A DNA stretch of 63,257 nt, counting the filler, from Squatina squatina (taxonomy: Eukaryota), in NCBI GenBank assembly GCA_031763465.1. It is 3 parts of 3 records of this genome, joined end to end, with 100 filler letters (N's around TTAATTAATTAA, not from the genome) between each part and the next. Parts side by side here need not be neighbours in the genome. Positions count along the whole stretch, not along the records: positions 29,862 to 50,683 come from JARFOE010000046.1; positions 50,784 to 63,257 come from JARFOE010000162.1; 1 more part is not named here. One strand, given 5' to 3'. Shown one piece after another: positions 37,356 through 51,841 of the stretch. Within the stretch, counting starts at the first letter, position 1, and the number at the start of each line of letters is the position of its first letter. Under the pieces are notes generated by a model that saw nothing but the letters and a program-made list of their open reading frames with translations, did no database searches and was not told the origin of the DNA. Both the position numbers and the translations under genes were made by a program.

Positions 37356-40156
37356 TCAGTGTTAAAGCATGGAGTTAGCTCAACTGTCATGTAAACAATA
37401 AGGTTTGCCCAGTCCAACAGTAAACCAGTTAACCTAGCGCATAGAGCAAGAATGACCTGGTTCTACGGGGTCAATAAAAAGTAATAATCCATCTATTTAA
37501 GTATACATGATGTCATTGTTCCCACAAGCCACTTTTACAGTTGGCTCCTTTTAAGTTGGATTCTGGAGCAGGCGGGGGGGTGCCAATTTGAGTGGCCTGA
37601 AACGGGCTGCAGAATTCGCGACTCCACAGCCGGGGATGCACTGCACCAGTAGCGAGGCACTGGGATGCGGTGTTGGTGACTTGATCACCATTCTGGGTCA
37701 GTGTAACATGGTAACGCTAAACTGCTATTGCCATGGCGCTGACCCGGCGCTGATCTGGCCAATGCCGCTTCACTGTCGGGTTGCGGGGGCAACGTGGCGT
37801 GAGCTTAAAGGCAAAGTCCGCAGGCTTTCCTTTCGCCTAGCGATCTAGGCCCACTGGACCACCATGGAGGCTGGAGCTGGAGCGAAAATGTGCTGGCACA
37901 CCAGAGAGCGTGCCGGCAAAGCCGGTGAGTGCTGTTGGAGGGGCGATTGGCCGCCACACATCGGCCAACAATAAAGTTGGCTGATGGTTAAAGATTGCGG
38001 CTGCCAGCGCAAGACCTGTGCCTTTAATGTGCCTTAGCAACGACAGGGGAAAATTGTCATTGCCAATGCCAGTGGGTCAGGCAACCTCCAACTCCAGAGG
38101 CAGCGCACAGGGGGGTTGCAGGCGGGAGAAGAGGGGTCGGCACACAATGTTATGACGTCGCGCATCCGACCCCGCCACCAACTGCGTCCTCGGCAACGAG
38201 GCCTATACATCACCCAATACTGCATTTTATCATTTTTTGACTCTACACTGCTTTCACACCAAGTAGTACCACTGATCGGAGCTACCTGGGCATGAAGGCA
38301 CACCAATTGAGGCCCCTGGGCGTTTGACATTCTTCAGCTTGCTCCTAGCATTTACACTGTTAAATCCAGATACATAAACCAGCAGCAGACCTTGCTTCCT
38401 TTTTTATATTCGTTCCTGGGATGTGGGCGTCGCTGGCTAGGCCAGCATTTATTGCCCATCCCTAATTGCCCTTGAGAAGGTGGTGATGAGCCACCTTCTT
38501 GAACCACTGTAGTCCGTGCGGTGAAGGTCCTCCCAAAGTGCAGTTAGGGAGGGAGTTCCAGGATTTTGNNNNNNNNNNNNNNNNNNNNNNNNNNNNNNNN
38601 NNNNNNNNNNNNNNNNNNNNNNNNNNNNNNNNNNNNNNNNNNNNNNNNNNNNNNNNNNNNNNNNNNNNCCGTGGGATGAGTATCTATAGTTTTTGATGAC
38701 TAAGAAAAACGCTTGCCTTCTGTTTGAAGCGAGATTTTTTTTTTATAAATCTAATAAAATGAATCCATTATCTGGCCTCGTGCCACAGATTACCAATATG
38801 ATTTATCATGATTTAGAAAGCAACGGTGGGGAGTAGAGCAAACTTTTCTGCTTTCATCAGAGCTTGTGTCCAGTCAATGAAAGTAGTTTCGAAGTGTTTT
38901 ATTCAAAAGTAATGCGTTCTTTCGTCCTATCCCTATATAACTGTCCCCGCGATGGATGAGATCTCAGCATCACTGGGTGACACCTACTTGCAGTCTGTTG
39001 AGTGGCCCAACTATAAAGGCCAATTATACGATTATAGAAATATTATCTACCAGACCAATCTTATCTGGCGCGTGCCTTCTATTCCCTGTGACCTTAATAT
39101 AGGGAAATCTGTGTCGCGCTGCATAACTTTGCGAACATCTTTATTTTAATTGTTGGGGACAGGCACACGTGACATAACGCATTACAGAAATAAGATGTAA
39201 CATTTGCCCATCTCTCCCTCCCCCACAATAATAAATTTGGCAATCCCAAACGTCACGGCGGATTTCCAAGGATCACCAATACTGGCGGGGCCTGCATTCC
39301 ATTTTTAAGCCATCTATTTTTTGGTTTCGCTTTGTACTATTTTCCCGTCACATTTCGGGTGGAATACGTGCGACCTGGATTCATCGACACTTTCACTCCA
39401 GGCTTACAGATGCAATGCTGCTGTTAAACAAAGCATCTGCATGCGTGTATTTGCGTCTGTGTGTGTCTGTGCGAGCACATCTGTCTGTGTGGAGTGTGTG
39501 TGTGTGTGATTAGGTGTGAGTATGTATGCCCCGGTACATATCTGCTGTTTAATTGTCAAAGGATGTGCGTAAGAATGCACTGAATCTGCCTTTATTTGAT
39601 CAGCTATATTTATGAACGTGCAGGTGGTGAGGGAAACCATGATCTACATAGAGGCACGCACGGTCCAGGGAAATAGGCAGGAGAACGCTACAACAGTAAA
39701 GCTTTAAACGGAAACCGAGGTGGCTGCGATCGAACAGCACTGTCCTCCCACCATCCCAGGCAAGTGCCTCAATGTAAAACCTTCGTTTTAAGCAAATGAG
39801 AGGAGCCATTCAGATAAGTCCTATGATCCCTTTCCCATCACGAAGAATAATGCATAATGCAATCCGAATGCCCAAAGACTTGCACGATATGCACTGCAGG
39901 ATTAAGGGTCGATTTATTCACATATGTAATAGACAAAAATACAAAGCCAAGTTTAAAATCAAACAGTCCTGATGACCCGCAACAACGGAACTCTTTAACA
40001 CCTGATTGGAAGCCAATGCATCCTCATGTGGTGACGAATGCTCCCAATGCAGTCATCGCCGGTTACAGGGGGAGGGGGGGAGGCTTCCATTCTGAATATA
40101 TTTTCAAGATATGAACACACATGCAAAACAAAAGAACGCAATTTACAAATACTTAC

Positions 40157-40263
40157 CAGGATGGAAGACACGCGATCAGAAATGTCCAGAAGATTACCTT
40201 TCTGGAGAAAGAGGCTTTAATTGATGCGATGGGACATTTGAGATGTATTTTGCGAGAAGCCAT
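40157..40263 (-). CDS. GABRG2: GABRG2 coding exon 1 (signal peptide MASRKIHLKCPIASIKASFSRKVIFWTFLIACLPS)
   Basis: ATG, then 35 codons + 2 nt, then a GTAAGT donor. FSRKVIFW plus a hydrophobic run resembles the recalled human FSQKMTVWILLLLSLYPG. Not called by the ORF track. Confidence 0.8.
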
Positions 40264-43200
40264 CTCTCGTTTCATCTGTGTCGCCTGCTCCGTCCTCTCG
40301 CCTTCAATATTCACTGAGAAACATAGCACAAAGCAGCTNNNNNNNNNNNNNNNNNNNNNNNNNNNNNNNNNNNNNNNNNNNNNNNNNNNNNNNNNNNNNN
40401 NNNTGAAGACGATTCAAACGTCAGATCAGACTCACCGTCTCCCAGGCAAACAATGACACAATTACAAAAGGAACAAGTATAGACATAAGTTTATTCTTTG
40501 TCAGAAACTAACAATTTAATATCACTCCGGGAACCAGTCCGGGAGTCACAGTGGAGATAGTAACCTACTGCAAGCATTAAGGCATGCTATGTTTGCTGTG
40601 GTTTGGAAATGATGTATCTTTATTCCATGTGTATATTTACCTTATGTTCCGTTTTGGGGGGATTTTCGCATGAGTCCAGATATTAAAGGAACTCTCCCTG
40701 TGAAACCAACAAAATCCACGACGCTTCTTGTGATAAATATCTCGTCACAATCCTCAGTATGGTTTCAGCCGCTTTGGGTGCATTTTTTTTTTAGCTACTC
40801 CATCTGTAATGGACGCGTTTCCACGTGAAAGCAAAAGAGAGAGGTAGAGAGAGAGAGAGAGCAGTACAGAGGGCGAAGTGTGTCATAGCAACCTCCTGTA
40901 ATCCAAGTTTAAAGACAATCTCAGAGCCAAACGTTGACCAGACCATTCACTCCCATCCAAAGGAGCGCAGGCAGGCAGCAAGGTGATTTCACGCCACGTG
41001 CAGCGTTTCAACAGCTCGGGCTATTCCCAATCAAAATCCCCGCAATATGTGTNNNNNNNNNNNNNNNNNNNNNNNNNNNNNNNNNNNNNNNNNNNNNNNN
41101 NNNNNNNNNNNNNNNNNNNNNNNNNNNNNNNNNNNNNNNNNNNNNNNNNNNNAACTCTTAGCGCCCCAACAACGCCTATGCCCGGCGATACAGGGGCGTT
41201 AATAGGTAGCCAATTTCGGCCCCAAGGTGTTTGTGCACGTGTTTATATATACAGCCATGCAATATATTGCAATACATATTTTTAGATGTAATGGATATCT
41301 GCAATTAATTTCGTAGCTCTGTTACGTGTGGACATATTCGCTTTGCACTTGATTATCGAACTGGCTCACTTCGATCAAGCACAATGCAATCCACGCATCG
41401 AAAATCAGCTTCGTTATTTCTGCTTGAAGCAGGCAACATGCTCTGAGCACGTCGCTTTGTAACAGCGCCTCCTAATGGGGCCGAGGAGACTCCGGCTCCA
41501 ACATACGGGGGAGGGGTGCAGTATAAACCGATTTTACAAACCATAGGTATGGGGACTGAAAATGATTTGTGTACAATGCTTCAGTGCGTTAATCGTATTG
41601 TAGAATCACAAATGATCGCTGCCCCTACATTGCAATTGAAAATTTCCCAGCGTATGACTGAGTGGGTTTGAAAAGATGTACGGGTAGCAAGAATAATACT
41701 CCAAAGCCTTTTGGAAAAGATCAGAAAGCTTTTATAGGATGACTATAAGGGCATAAATCAATTTAGGGGCATCCTCTGCCAACGTTGCATTTGTATTCAC
41801 TCAGCATTCAGAATCCATTTACACAATGAACGGATGGCCAGACTAAATTCGATTTTTACCTGATGATAAAGTCTTCGGAATTCCAATTGTATTTTTCTCC
41901 TGTAAGGACCATAAACACGCCTGTGCGCATGGTAAGGACGACAAAATGCAGCCTTAACGCGACTGGACAAAATATTCTTCGTTTTATTAAAAGTCATACA
42001 TGGAGAAGCGTGACAAAGNNNNNNNNNNNNNNNNNNNNNNNNNNNNNNNNNNNNNNNNNNNNNNNNNNNNNNNNNNNNNNNNNNNNNNNNNNNNNNNNNN
42101 NNNNNNNNNNNNNNNNNNCTTGGCTGGCTTTTCTCCTCTTTAGCACGGTCCCCTAATAACAATTGTAAATCTGTAAACTGAGCACAGAGCAAAGATCAAA
42201 TCTAGAGCCTTCATGTACTGTATAGTTCGGTAAGGCTAAGCCATCAGGAGGGCTTTTTCTAACGTTAGCTTGAGTACTTGCTTCTGTAGAAGTGAAGCAA
42301 TGCAATTTTGTAAGTTTGCATTACCCCTTCACCATGCAGACAAAGTGTACAATATCTCCGAGTTAAGNNNNNNNNNNCTGCCTGTTCATCTAATTGTGGA
42401 TTAACCTTTCTGAATCTTCTCCATCTACTAATTTCTTTAGAAAAATCTTGAAATCCTGTTGGGAATCAAAACAATTAAAAGTCATTAGATATATCTTACA
42501 GCACTCTACAGCTGTCAAAACATTTAAACAGATTTATATTGTCTTATTTGCTAGTGAAGTAGTCTCAGTGGCAAAAACTGTCACAGACTGCAGCCCATTT
42601 GAGGCCTGCTTGACAATGGATTTCAGCAATCTACTTGCCCAAAGCAATGATACTTAAAATGATCATTTCTAGTATAAGCTGATTAAGAAACTCTTCCTGT
42701 TGTGAAGACTGTACTCCTGCTCTGAGTATGTTTTACTGTGCACTTAAAAAAAAAATTATTGGAGAGTGTGCTGCCCCTGCACTAGGGAATTGCGTGCATT
42801 TCTTGGCAAAACACGTTGCAAATACTACTCCAAATTCATTGCAATTAAATTAGCCACCTAGAAGATTTTTGCAACTCATATTTTGCATTTGTCATGCAGN
42901 NNNNNNNNNNNNNNNNNNNNNNNNNNNNNNNNNNNNNNNNNNNNNNNNNNNNNNNNNNNNNNNNNNNNNNNNNNNNNNNNNNNNNNNNNNNNNNNNNNNC
43001 CTTCCTCCCACAATCCCTTCTGATTTACAAGCTGCACAGGGTGTAAGCACGCACCTCGTACTCCCCACCCCCCCACCCCACTTTACCCTTGTGCCTTTCT
43101 CCTTTCGGATACCCAAGAAGTGCAACTGGGCCAGGCAGTGGAAGGCCTCAACAAATACCTCGGCTTGGGAATAGAAAGTTCACCACAGCTATTTTTACTC

Positions 43201-43640
43201 TGCTACTGCCCTGATTTTGCTGGATGGGCTGAGTTGAAAATCAACTCTCGTGTGTCTTTCATTCGTTCTGTGATAACTTGACAATGAGCTCTGGAGAAGA
43301 ACATGGAAATGTACGAACAACTTACTGAATACATTAAAGGCAACGAGGACCAGTACCACAGTGAAACATGTTGCTTTTTATGTGTATGAAAATCTGACAT
43401 TGCTTTCAGTGAGGGAGGTTATCCTAACATGCCAGCATTGTCAATCTTCAGAACTTGGTGGGCATATTTTACTTTACATGCACATTAAGAAACTAAATAC
43501 ATGTGCAAACACACACAACCGATATCATTTACTAACTGGTCCACTCGCTCCTGGTGCAAATCCCTGACGTGGGATAAGTGAAAGGGGGCAAAGTGCAATG
43601 AGAGCCTCGCGAGAGTGTGCGCGGCACGGATCACGGAAAA

Positions 43641-43754
43641 GCAGCCCAGATCGGTGAGTGACAGGCGGGCTGGACCCGGAGCAGCCTGGCCGGTGAGTGA
43701 CAGGCGGACTGGACCCGGAGCAGCCCGGCCGGTGATTGATAGGCGGACTGGACC
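43641..43754. repeat. Short GC-rich tandem repeat, 39-bp unit, about 3 copies
   Basis: GGTGAGTGACAGGCGG(G/A)CTGGACCCGGAGCAGCC(T/C)GGCC repeated. Confidence 0.85.
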
Positions 43755-46700
43755 TTGATTCGTGTTGGGTATGGAACTCAGATCTACTGCATTTTGACAA
43801 ATTGCAGCACTTAGTTCAGTTTGACTTACAAAGTGAGCAGTAATCATAAACCCAAGAGAATGGCTCGTGCAGGGCATTACAATTGTAAAACATACTATAG
43901 AAATATTGGTACTGCTGGACTATTGTCAGTTTGTGATTCAGAAAAGTTCTAGCTGGAATTTGGCCAGTGGATGAACTAAAATTTGGTCTTAACCAGTATG
44001 AAGATCTTGCAGTAACTAAACTATGACATTTGGGCTTAACCAGTTGTTCAAGAATAGAATCCACTGGTTGACAGTTATACCGTTCATGCCAGTTCTTATG
44101 CATTTACTGTTTGTATGCACTTTCACCATCTTAAATCACTGCACCTTATTACTTTATAAAAAGGCTGGGGAGGAGGAAATGGAGAAAAGTTACTTTTGGT
44201 ACAAATTATAAGCAAATAGTTACAATAGCTGTAAGAGCTGTAATATGGTCAAATACAGCAAATTTCAAGTAAATTTGTATTATAAGAGATGAAGATTTAT
44301 TTAAAACAAAAACAGGTCACAGTAATTCTAAAGTGTAGCCTGAGCAGGTCAAAGAGGAATACCACAGCTTTAATGGACTTTATTGCATCTGGGTACATAT
44401 CTCTCTTCATCAGACAAATGTGCAAATGTCATTTGATGCCTTAGCTTAGTACGTGCTTTCAGTCCAACAGTAATTAGCAGCCTTCCAATAATGTGTACTG
44501 TAACCAACAAGGAAGACAAAATGATTTCAGAAAATGGGGGGTTCTGTCCAATTGTTTTGTTTAAAAAAAAATCCAAGCTTTCAGAATAAATTTGAATTCA
44601 CAAGATTTTCTCTGCCCCTCAACTAAAATCATTTAAAAAATCTGAAAAATGCTCAACAATGAGTTTCACAAATTGCAATTTAAAACATTCAAAACAGCCA
44701 GTATTTACTACATTAAAGAAATTATGATGGTTAGTTCCAAAAATCTTTAACTCCTCCTGCCAGCCCCTTTCCCACCAGTCTATTTGAAATTTAAATTTAA
44801 AGTTTGGAATTTTTTGCAATTTGACAAAACCCCTTAGTAACTGACTCAGCAAAGCTCTTTATAAAAGCTCAGTTAGGATACTTCAATTTGGTAAAGTGTA
44901 TTTTACTCTATACATTATTTATCAATTCACATTTACATCTACAAATTGAGAACCAAGAAGTGATACAAAGCAGTTATTGCATAGCAAAAAAAGCTGACTA
45001 ATTTCATTAGTTTATTCACAACAATGTGCAAAAAACGCATGAAGACATAGGGGAGTAACACTTAGGTAAGCAGTGGGTCAAAAACGATAGAATCCTTATA
45101 AGATAAGCCTATCAACCAAAAAATAAGAAACTTGTGAAATAGCAAAAAACATCAGAAGCATTTACAAGGAAGATGAAGGAGCCCCAAAAAATAAAATTAA
45201 ATTCTATACAGGTTTTATCTACACTTGTTATTCAAAGTTATATTTCCACAGATACTATAAGCCCTTACATTTGAAGTATATTTTTCTTACAGCAATATTG
45301 CTAAAATACAAGGCAGTTATGAAGATGAGGGATTTTGTCAGCTTGATTTTGTTAAGATAACACTGTTATACTTCTAAGTCCTCCTTCAACACTGCTTTTT
45401 TCAACTACATAGATACACTGTTTGTAAATAAATATTTGGATAATATACTTACAAACTGGATTTCGTTAAAAGGGACATATATTTTACCAAATTGCACCAA
45501 AATTCTTAAATGTCATAAAAAGAAATGCCTTTACATCTATTGGTGCCTTTCAGTCAGACAGTGTTACTATGTTTTAAGCTTTAGTATTACTGTTCAGAGA
45601 CTTCCTACAAACCGGCATTTTGTGCAGACCTCTTCATAATGTGACCTTGCAAACTTCTGTTCCATTAATATAATCAATTCGGATTGTTTGCGATGGCCTT
45701 ATCCTTCCTGTTGAAGGTGGCACTGGAGTGACATCAAGGTGAGTTCTGCACAAAATCCTACTTCCCAGGTTGTCTCTAAGCAGCATTGTCAAAGCTCAGG
45801 AATACCAATGAGTATAAAAAGTTTCTTTGNNNNNNNNNNNNNNNNNNNNNNNNNNNNNNNNNNNNNNNNNNNNNNNNNNNNNNNNNNNNNNNNNNNNNNN
45901 NNNNNNNNNNNNNNNNNNNNNNNNNNNNNNNNNNNNNNNNNNNNNNNNNNNNNNNNNNNNNNNNNNNNNNNNNNNNNNNNNNNNNNNNNNNNNNNNNNNN
46001 NNNNNNNNNNNNNNNNNNNNNNNNNNNNNNNNNNNNNNNNNNNNNNNNNNNNNNNNNNNNNNNNNNNNNNNNNNNNNNNNNNNNNNNNNNNNNNNNNNNN
46101 NNNNNNNNNNNNNNNNNNNNNNNNNNNNNNNNNNNNNNNNNNNNNNNNNNNNNNNNNNNNNNNNNNNNNNNNNNNNNNNNNNNNNNNNNNNNNNNNNNNN
46201 NNNNNNNNNNNNNNNNNNNNNNNNNNNNNNNNNNNNNNNNNNNNNNNNNNNNNNNNNNNNNNNNNNNNNNNNNNNNNNNNNNNNNNNNNNNNNNNNNNNN
46301 NNNNNNNNNNNNNNNNNNNNNNNNNNNNNNNNNNNNNNNNNNNNNNNNNNNNNNNNNNNNNNNNNNNNNNNNNNNNNNNNNNNNNNNNNNNNNNNNNNNN
46401 NNNNNNNNNNNNNNNNNNNNNNNNNNNNNNNNNNNNNNNNNNNNNNNNNNNNNNNNNNNNNNNNNNNNNNNNNNNNNNNNNNNNNNNNNNNNNNNNNNNN
46501 NNNNNNNNNNNNNNNCTACAGTGACTTCATTGAGAAATGAGCTTCTCTTACCACTGATTAAACACTACCTTAAATACATTCGTATTATTTAATGTGCATT
46601 GCAGTTTCCTCTCGGCGTATGCACAAGAGAAGGTTACAATTTGTAGAAAACAGAAGTTAAATCTCAGTAACACTTTTATTTCATAAAGAACAATATCACC

Positions 46701-49103
46701 GCATAAGGTTTTCACGCCTGGTATATTTTGTTATTCAATCAGCAATTCTCAAAAATTATATTACCAATATCTCAATGTTTAACTTTAATGCTCCCTATTA
46801 AGCAAATATGGAGGGACCTTTGCAAATTAGAAGATATTACAATGTTTCTTGAATCTGATGGTCTTTAGAACATTTTTCACAGATCCCATGGACCTCAATA
46901 TGGTTTGCATTCATTTGAATGAAAGTTGCACCTTTTCACTACCATGTGGCCCACCTCAGCAGTAGACACAGCGCGAGCCCTATGCACACTGCTGCATGAT
47001 AGTGATAGCCGCATGGCTCCCAAGTAGCAACTCCTGATATGACTGCCAGAGCATTCACAGCAATACATTGCATTCACAACAAAATGTCTCATCATTGTCA
47101 CTGGCAGGGAATATACATATGATGAGGCATCTTGTCATTGATATTGATGGCACTGGAGAGGGATCAGAATATCGACATGATGAGATCCAAAAACAAAAGA
47201 AGGTATGAATGAGAAATGGCCATATAGCCCATCCAGGTCATCCTTACAACCTGCTCAGAATATTTTCATCTCCCCCTGGCCCGGGCTATATCCTTGTACT
47301 ACCCATTTAACAGGACTTTGTCTCTTTTTTAATCTTCAATTGTTTTTGCAAAAAGCTTCACCAAATAGTTTAAATCATTGGCACTGTGGGGAGGATTTAC
47401 ACTGCCACATTGAAACTGAGCGGTGAGGGAACCATGCACAATTTTGCCAATGGCAGTGAAAAGGGTTTTGAAAAGTCTTTTCTTTTATATTTAGAGAAGT
47501 TCCAGTTTCCTTTTTTTTCTATTTTTGAGTTGGTGTCCAGCAGCTTCTCTGGGGTGCACTAATGAGAGTCTCTGTTACTAAGCATTGTCAAGGAGTCACT
47601 ATGATCAATGTCAATTCATGAAGAACCGCACACATTCATTCTTATGATGTAATTCAGTTTGCTTAGTGACAGAAATAATCCCAACTGGCAAAACTGCATG
47701 ATTCCATATAGAGGAACAATAACTGTATCCATTCATTGAAATGCCAACAAGGAGGGGTTTGTGCAAGCAAGTGTCATATAGCCTGAGCAGGAAGAGCACT
47801 TGGAGTGCTGTGCTATTAGCGTTAACCTGTCTTGTAGTTAAGTAAATAAATAAGGGGAAAAATCAAGACATCAAAATAACATTATCACATTTACTAAGCT
47901 GTGGTCAACAAAATGAGTTTATTTTGTGAACTCTGAGTTTTTCAAAGGAATGCTTGCATGACTTTTTAACCCTTTCCAGTGCAGATCGTTTGATAGAATG
48001 AGAATTCAATGGTCCTCACTTACGATGTTCCTCAGTTCTAACATGTGGAATGAACTAACTTTATTGGTATTTCTGGAACTTGAAGTCACAGGTTCTTGTA
48101 GGCCTGTTTGGTATCACATCCAGATATCATTAGCAATATAAGATATTTAGCATTTTCTAGGCCTTCTTTTGAATAATGCAAATTTAAATTATCTTGTCAT
48201 TTAAGCCTAGAAAATATATAGCTGATTTTACAATTTTTGGAAGGGGGAGGGGTGCTTCATAAACTAATCTAAAAAGTGCACTTCACTTATCCAGGCAAGA
48301 AATAATTATGTACTAGCTGACACGACAATCCTTACATTAAGGTCTTATCATTCAGAAACTAGCTATTTGGGTCACAAGCCCCACTGGGTATTTTTGTATC
48401 TATTGCCATCCTAGAGTAAACATGTCAATGCTTGGTGCATAATGAATAATTGTATTTAAAACCATGTTTTGCTCATATATTACTATAGATAGATTTTACA
48501 TATAACTTGAAAGAAAATATTGCAAAAACATATACAACCTTTGCATTATAAAGTTCAACATTTGAAATCTCTTTCTTCTTTCTTCTAAATATACTTTAGA
48601 ATGAGCCTGAAAGTAAACAACATAGTCCACAAAGTCTTCAGCATCTGGAAATGCCAAACATGGGCCTTACCCACCTCAGGAAGCAAAAGTTTCTCACTAC
48701 ACCTGGTCAAGTGCCAGAAATCTTTAAGACTATTTTAAATTTCACATAGACCCTGCTGTGAGAATAGTTTAAAACCAAATTTCTTCCATTCATGGACATG
48801 CTATTAAAAGGAAATCCCTATACAATGAGANNNNNNNNNNNNNNCAGTGGTAATTCAATAATGTCAGCTGTGACACAGAGCTAGACTGGTCTTACTGACA
48901 AGGTAATAATGCTTTATTACAGAGAGTTTTCTTTCTTTCTGATGTTATCAGAAAAAAAAGGATCTTATTTAAGAAAGGGCAAAAGAAAAACAGTGTTTGC
49001 ATCAAATTGAATGGGGAACTATAATCTGTTAGAGGTTTCATGAAATGTTCCAGTAAATAAAATTATTTTGATATCTGAGGAACTCTGTTTCTTTAATGTT
49101 TTT

Positions 49104-49415
49104 TTAGTTATGTTCATCATCACCTTTGAGAACTGGCTCTCTATTCAAATAAGTAGCCCAATAAACCAAGTTGAAAATCCCAAACATTAATGGAAATGCT
49201 CTTCTGGCCAGTCTGTCAATTTTACTGACACTGTTGAAGGTCTTCTTGGGCTCCGGGGGTTTTTGTTCTGGTTTGGGGTCTTTGGATTCTGCGCCGGCAC
49301 TCTTTGCGATGGTTGCCAGACCTGCATCCTTTGCAATATTTGGTGCAAAGTTCGCTGATGTTGCTGTGTAGGTGTTGTTTTTCTTCAATAGAGCCTCTCT
49401 TTCCTTTTCCTTTTT
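49104..49415 (-). CDS. GABRA1: GABA-A receptor alpha-1 subunit, last coding exon
   Basis: KKNNTY...GLATIAKSA...[18 protein letters not shown]...[17 protein letters not shown] is alpha-1-like; ttgcAG acceptor; TAA stop; located upstream of GABRG2. Confidence 0.92.
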   Translation of the reverse strand, partial: KKEKEREALLKKNNTYTATSANFAPNIAKDAGLATIAKSAGAESKDPKPEQKPPEPKKTFNSVSKIDRLARRAFPLMFGIFNLVYWATYLNREPVLKGDDEHN

Positions 49416-50037
49416 CTGCAATTCAAAATGAAAAACACTTTATGTAAAATAAAAACTTTTGAATAAAAACTTATCATTGTCATCATTCACAAAAGAGCCA
49501 CAGTTAAAAAAAGGGCATTGGTTTGATTTCTGTTTCAGTTAATCTCTAATATAATTCACTGTGCACAAATCATGACTCAGCTTTTCCCATATATTGCAGC
49601 TTAGGAAACATAGAAAATAGGAGCAGGAGTAGGCCGTTCGGCCCCTCAAGCCTATATTTTTCCCAATTGTCCTTGGTCACTATCTTGTGGACAGAATGTC
49701 ATTGCTGTAGTGTAGGAAACAGTAAAGAACATCAATCTGTTCAGTGTGTCTCAAATACTTCAATCAGGCATTAGGTAATTTAAGTGCTATGTACAGGAAG
49801 CAGAGTAATTTTAGATACAGGAAATAAGAATCAAAACCATNNNNNNNNNNNNNNNNNNNNNNNNNNNNNNNNNNNNNNNNNNNNNNNNNNNNNNNNNNNN
49901 NNNNNNNNNNNNNNNNNNNNNNNNNNNNNNNNNNNNNNNNGAGAGGATCCCTCCTACAATATGTAGGTTGGCACAAATGTCACTTTTAGCCATGACACAT
50001 TTTATAAAGGAGCATCTCTACAGTCTTGTTTATACTA

Positions 50038-50352
<315 letters not shown>

Positions 50353-50683
50353 TCAAAAAATTGTTTTATGAATATAATACAATAACACCGCAGATTGAAT
50401 CTTATAATAGAGGCACAGGCACATATTAGGAATAAACTATTGGGAATTTACCACTCAACTTTGCTGCCAATTTTCATACAAAAGGCCATTACTTTTATAA
50501 CATGTATAGAAATGCCAGGCAGCATTATGTCGAATGGTATCTAGGTAACTTGACTAACCCTTTATTTTATGCTACAAGTTCATATTGCACTGGGAGCTAA
50601 ATTCTTCTTGATGATAATTTTAGCAAAACATTGCCATGTTTTTCCCTAATCATTTTATTGAATGAGAAATTTCACTCTCTATT

Positions 50684-50783
50684 NNNNNNNNNNNNNNNNN
50701 NNNNNNNNNNNNNNNNNNNNNNNNNNNTTAATTAATTAANNNNNNNNNNNNNNNNNNNNNNNNNNNNNNNNNNNNNNNNNNNN
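50684..50783. other. Artificial contig linker (44 N + TTAATTAATTAA + 44 N)
   Basis: Identical structure; separates GABRA1 from ZNF335. Confidence 0.95.
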
Positions 50784-51760
50784 AGCGAGGGAATAAACTT
50801 GTAACAGAGCACTGGGCAGTCTTAGTTTGAGTACACGGTGCACAATTCTGGTAATCTGTAGATATTCTGGCTGTGGGGAAGTTAGAGGAGGGCAACTGAA
50901 GATTAGACACCTGAGCTCCAAGAAAAGACAAAGGAAGCCAGGATGTTTACATTGGAGAAAAGGCAGTTCAGTGGAGACTTTATTGAACAAAATCCTAATG
51001 GGTACAAACCAAACCCTAACAAATTGTATGACATTACCACAAACTCCAACTGGAGGCACAGGCACAAACTCAAAAGAGTGAAGGTGAACAGAAAGTTTCA
51101 ATTTGACTACTTCACAGAGACTGGTGAATGTGTGTAACAGACAGTGAAGGGAATGCATAGAGGCAAATAGGGTCAACAAATTCAAGAGGGAAATGGAAAC
51201 CTCTTTGTTAAATGTTCCTTTGCTAAAGAAAGGCTGTGCTGTCCCCTGGAACTTAATCCAAACTTTGCCTGGTTGTTTGTCTGTGGGGTTGGGGAGAAGG
51301 ATCATAGCCCAGCGTTCCGGATGTTCAGAGGCTCCTATTGTGGGGAGACAGTGGGTGTTGTTGGAGCCAAGCTTTATAGGTCATTTTGAGATGGGGGAGA
51401 GGAGGAGATTTTTTTTTGTGTCTTCATTATGCAAGACATTTTATTTTTAGGTGTATAGTGAGAAACTGACAAGGTGGGTCTGCCCCAAGTTTTTACTAGA
51501 ATGTGATTTCAGAAGAAAAATGCATTTGGATCGCAAGGTTTTGAGTAATAGGATTCAAACCAATTTTATATTTTTAATATTCACCAATTATAATGGAGAA
51601 AACATAGACGAACACTGATCCAATAAGGAAAAGGAAACCAGACGCGCTTCACGCAGACTCGACAGTCACAGCACAGACAAACAGAAGGTAAGAAAGTTTT
51701 GAACTGTGCGTGTAATTAGTGGGAACAATCCTAAACCGTTGTTTGGAGAGCTACACTCAC

Positions 51761-51841
51761 AATGGTGTCTCGTATGCTTTCCTGCGTAGACTGCATCTGC
51801 TCGTGCTGTTGTTTCAACTCTTCTATTTGCTGCAGAGTGAA
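51761..51841 (-). CDS. ZNF335: ZNF335 exon fragment (FTLQQIEELKQQHEQMQSTQESIRDTI), 5' end in gap
   Basis: Matches recalled ZNF335 FSLQQIEELKQQH; GTGAGT donor. Confidence 0.8.

Noticed and set aside
38669-40156. RE1/NRSE element reported for mammalian GABRG2 intron 1
   Set aside because: Only isolated CTGTCC/GGACAG half-sites; no acceptable full match by eye.
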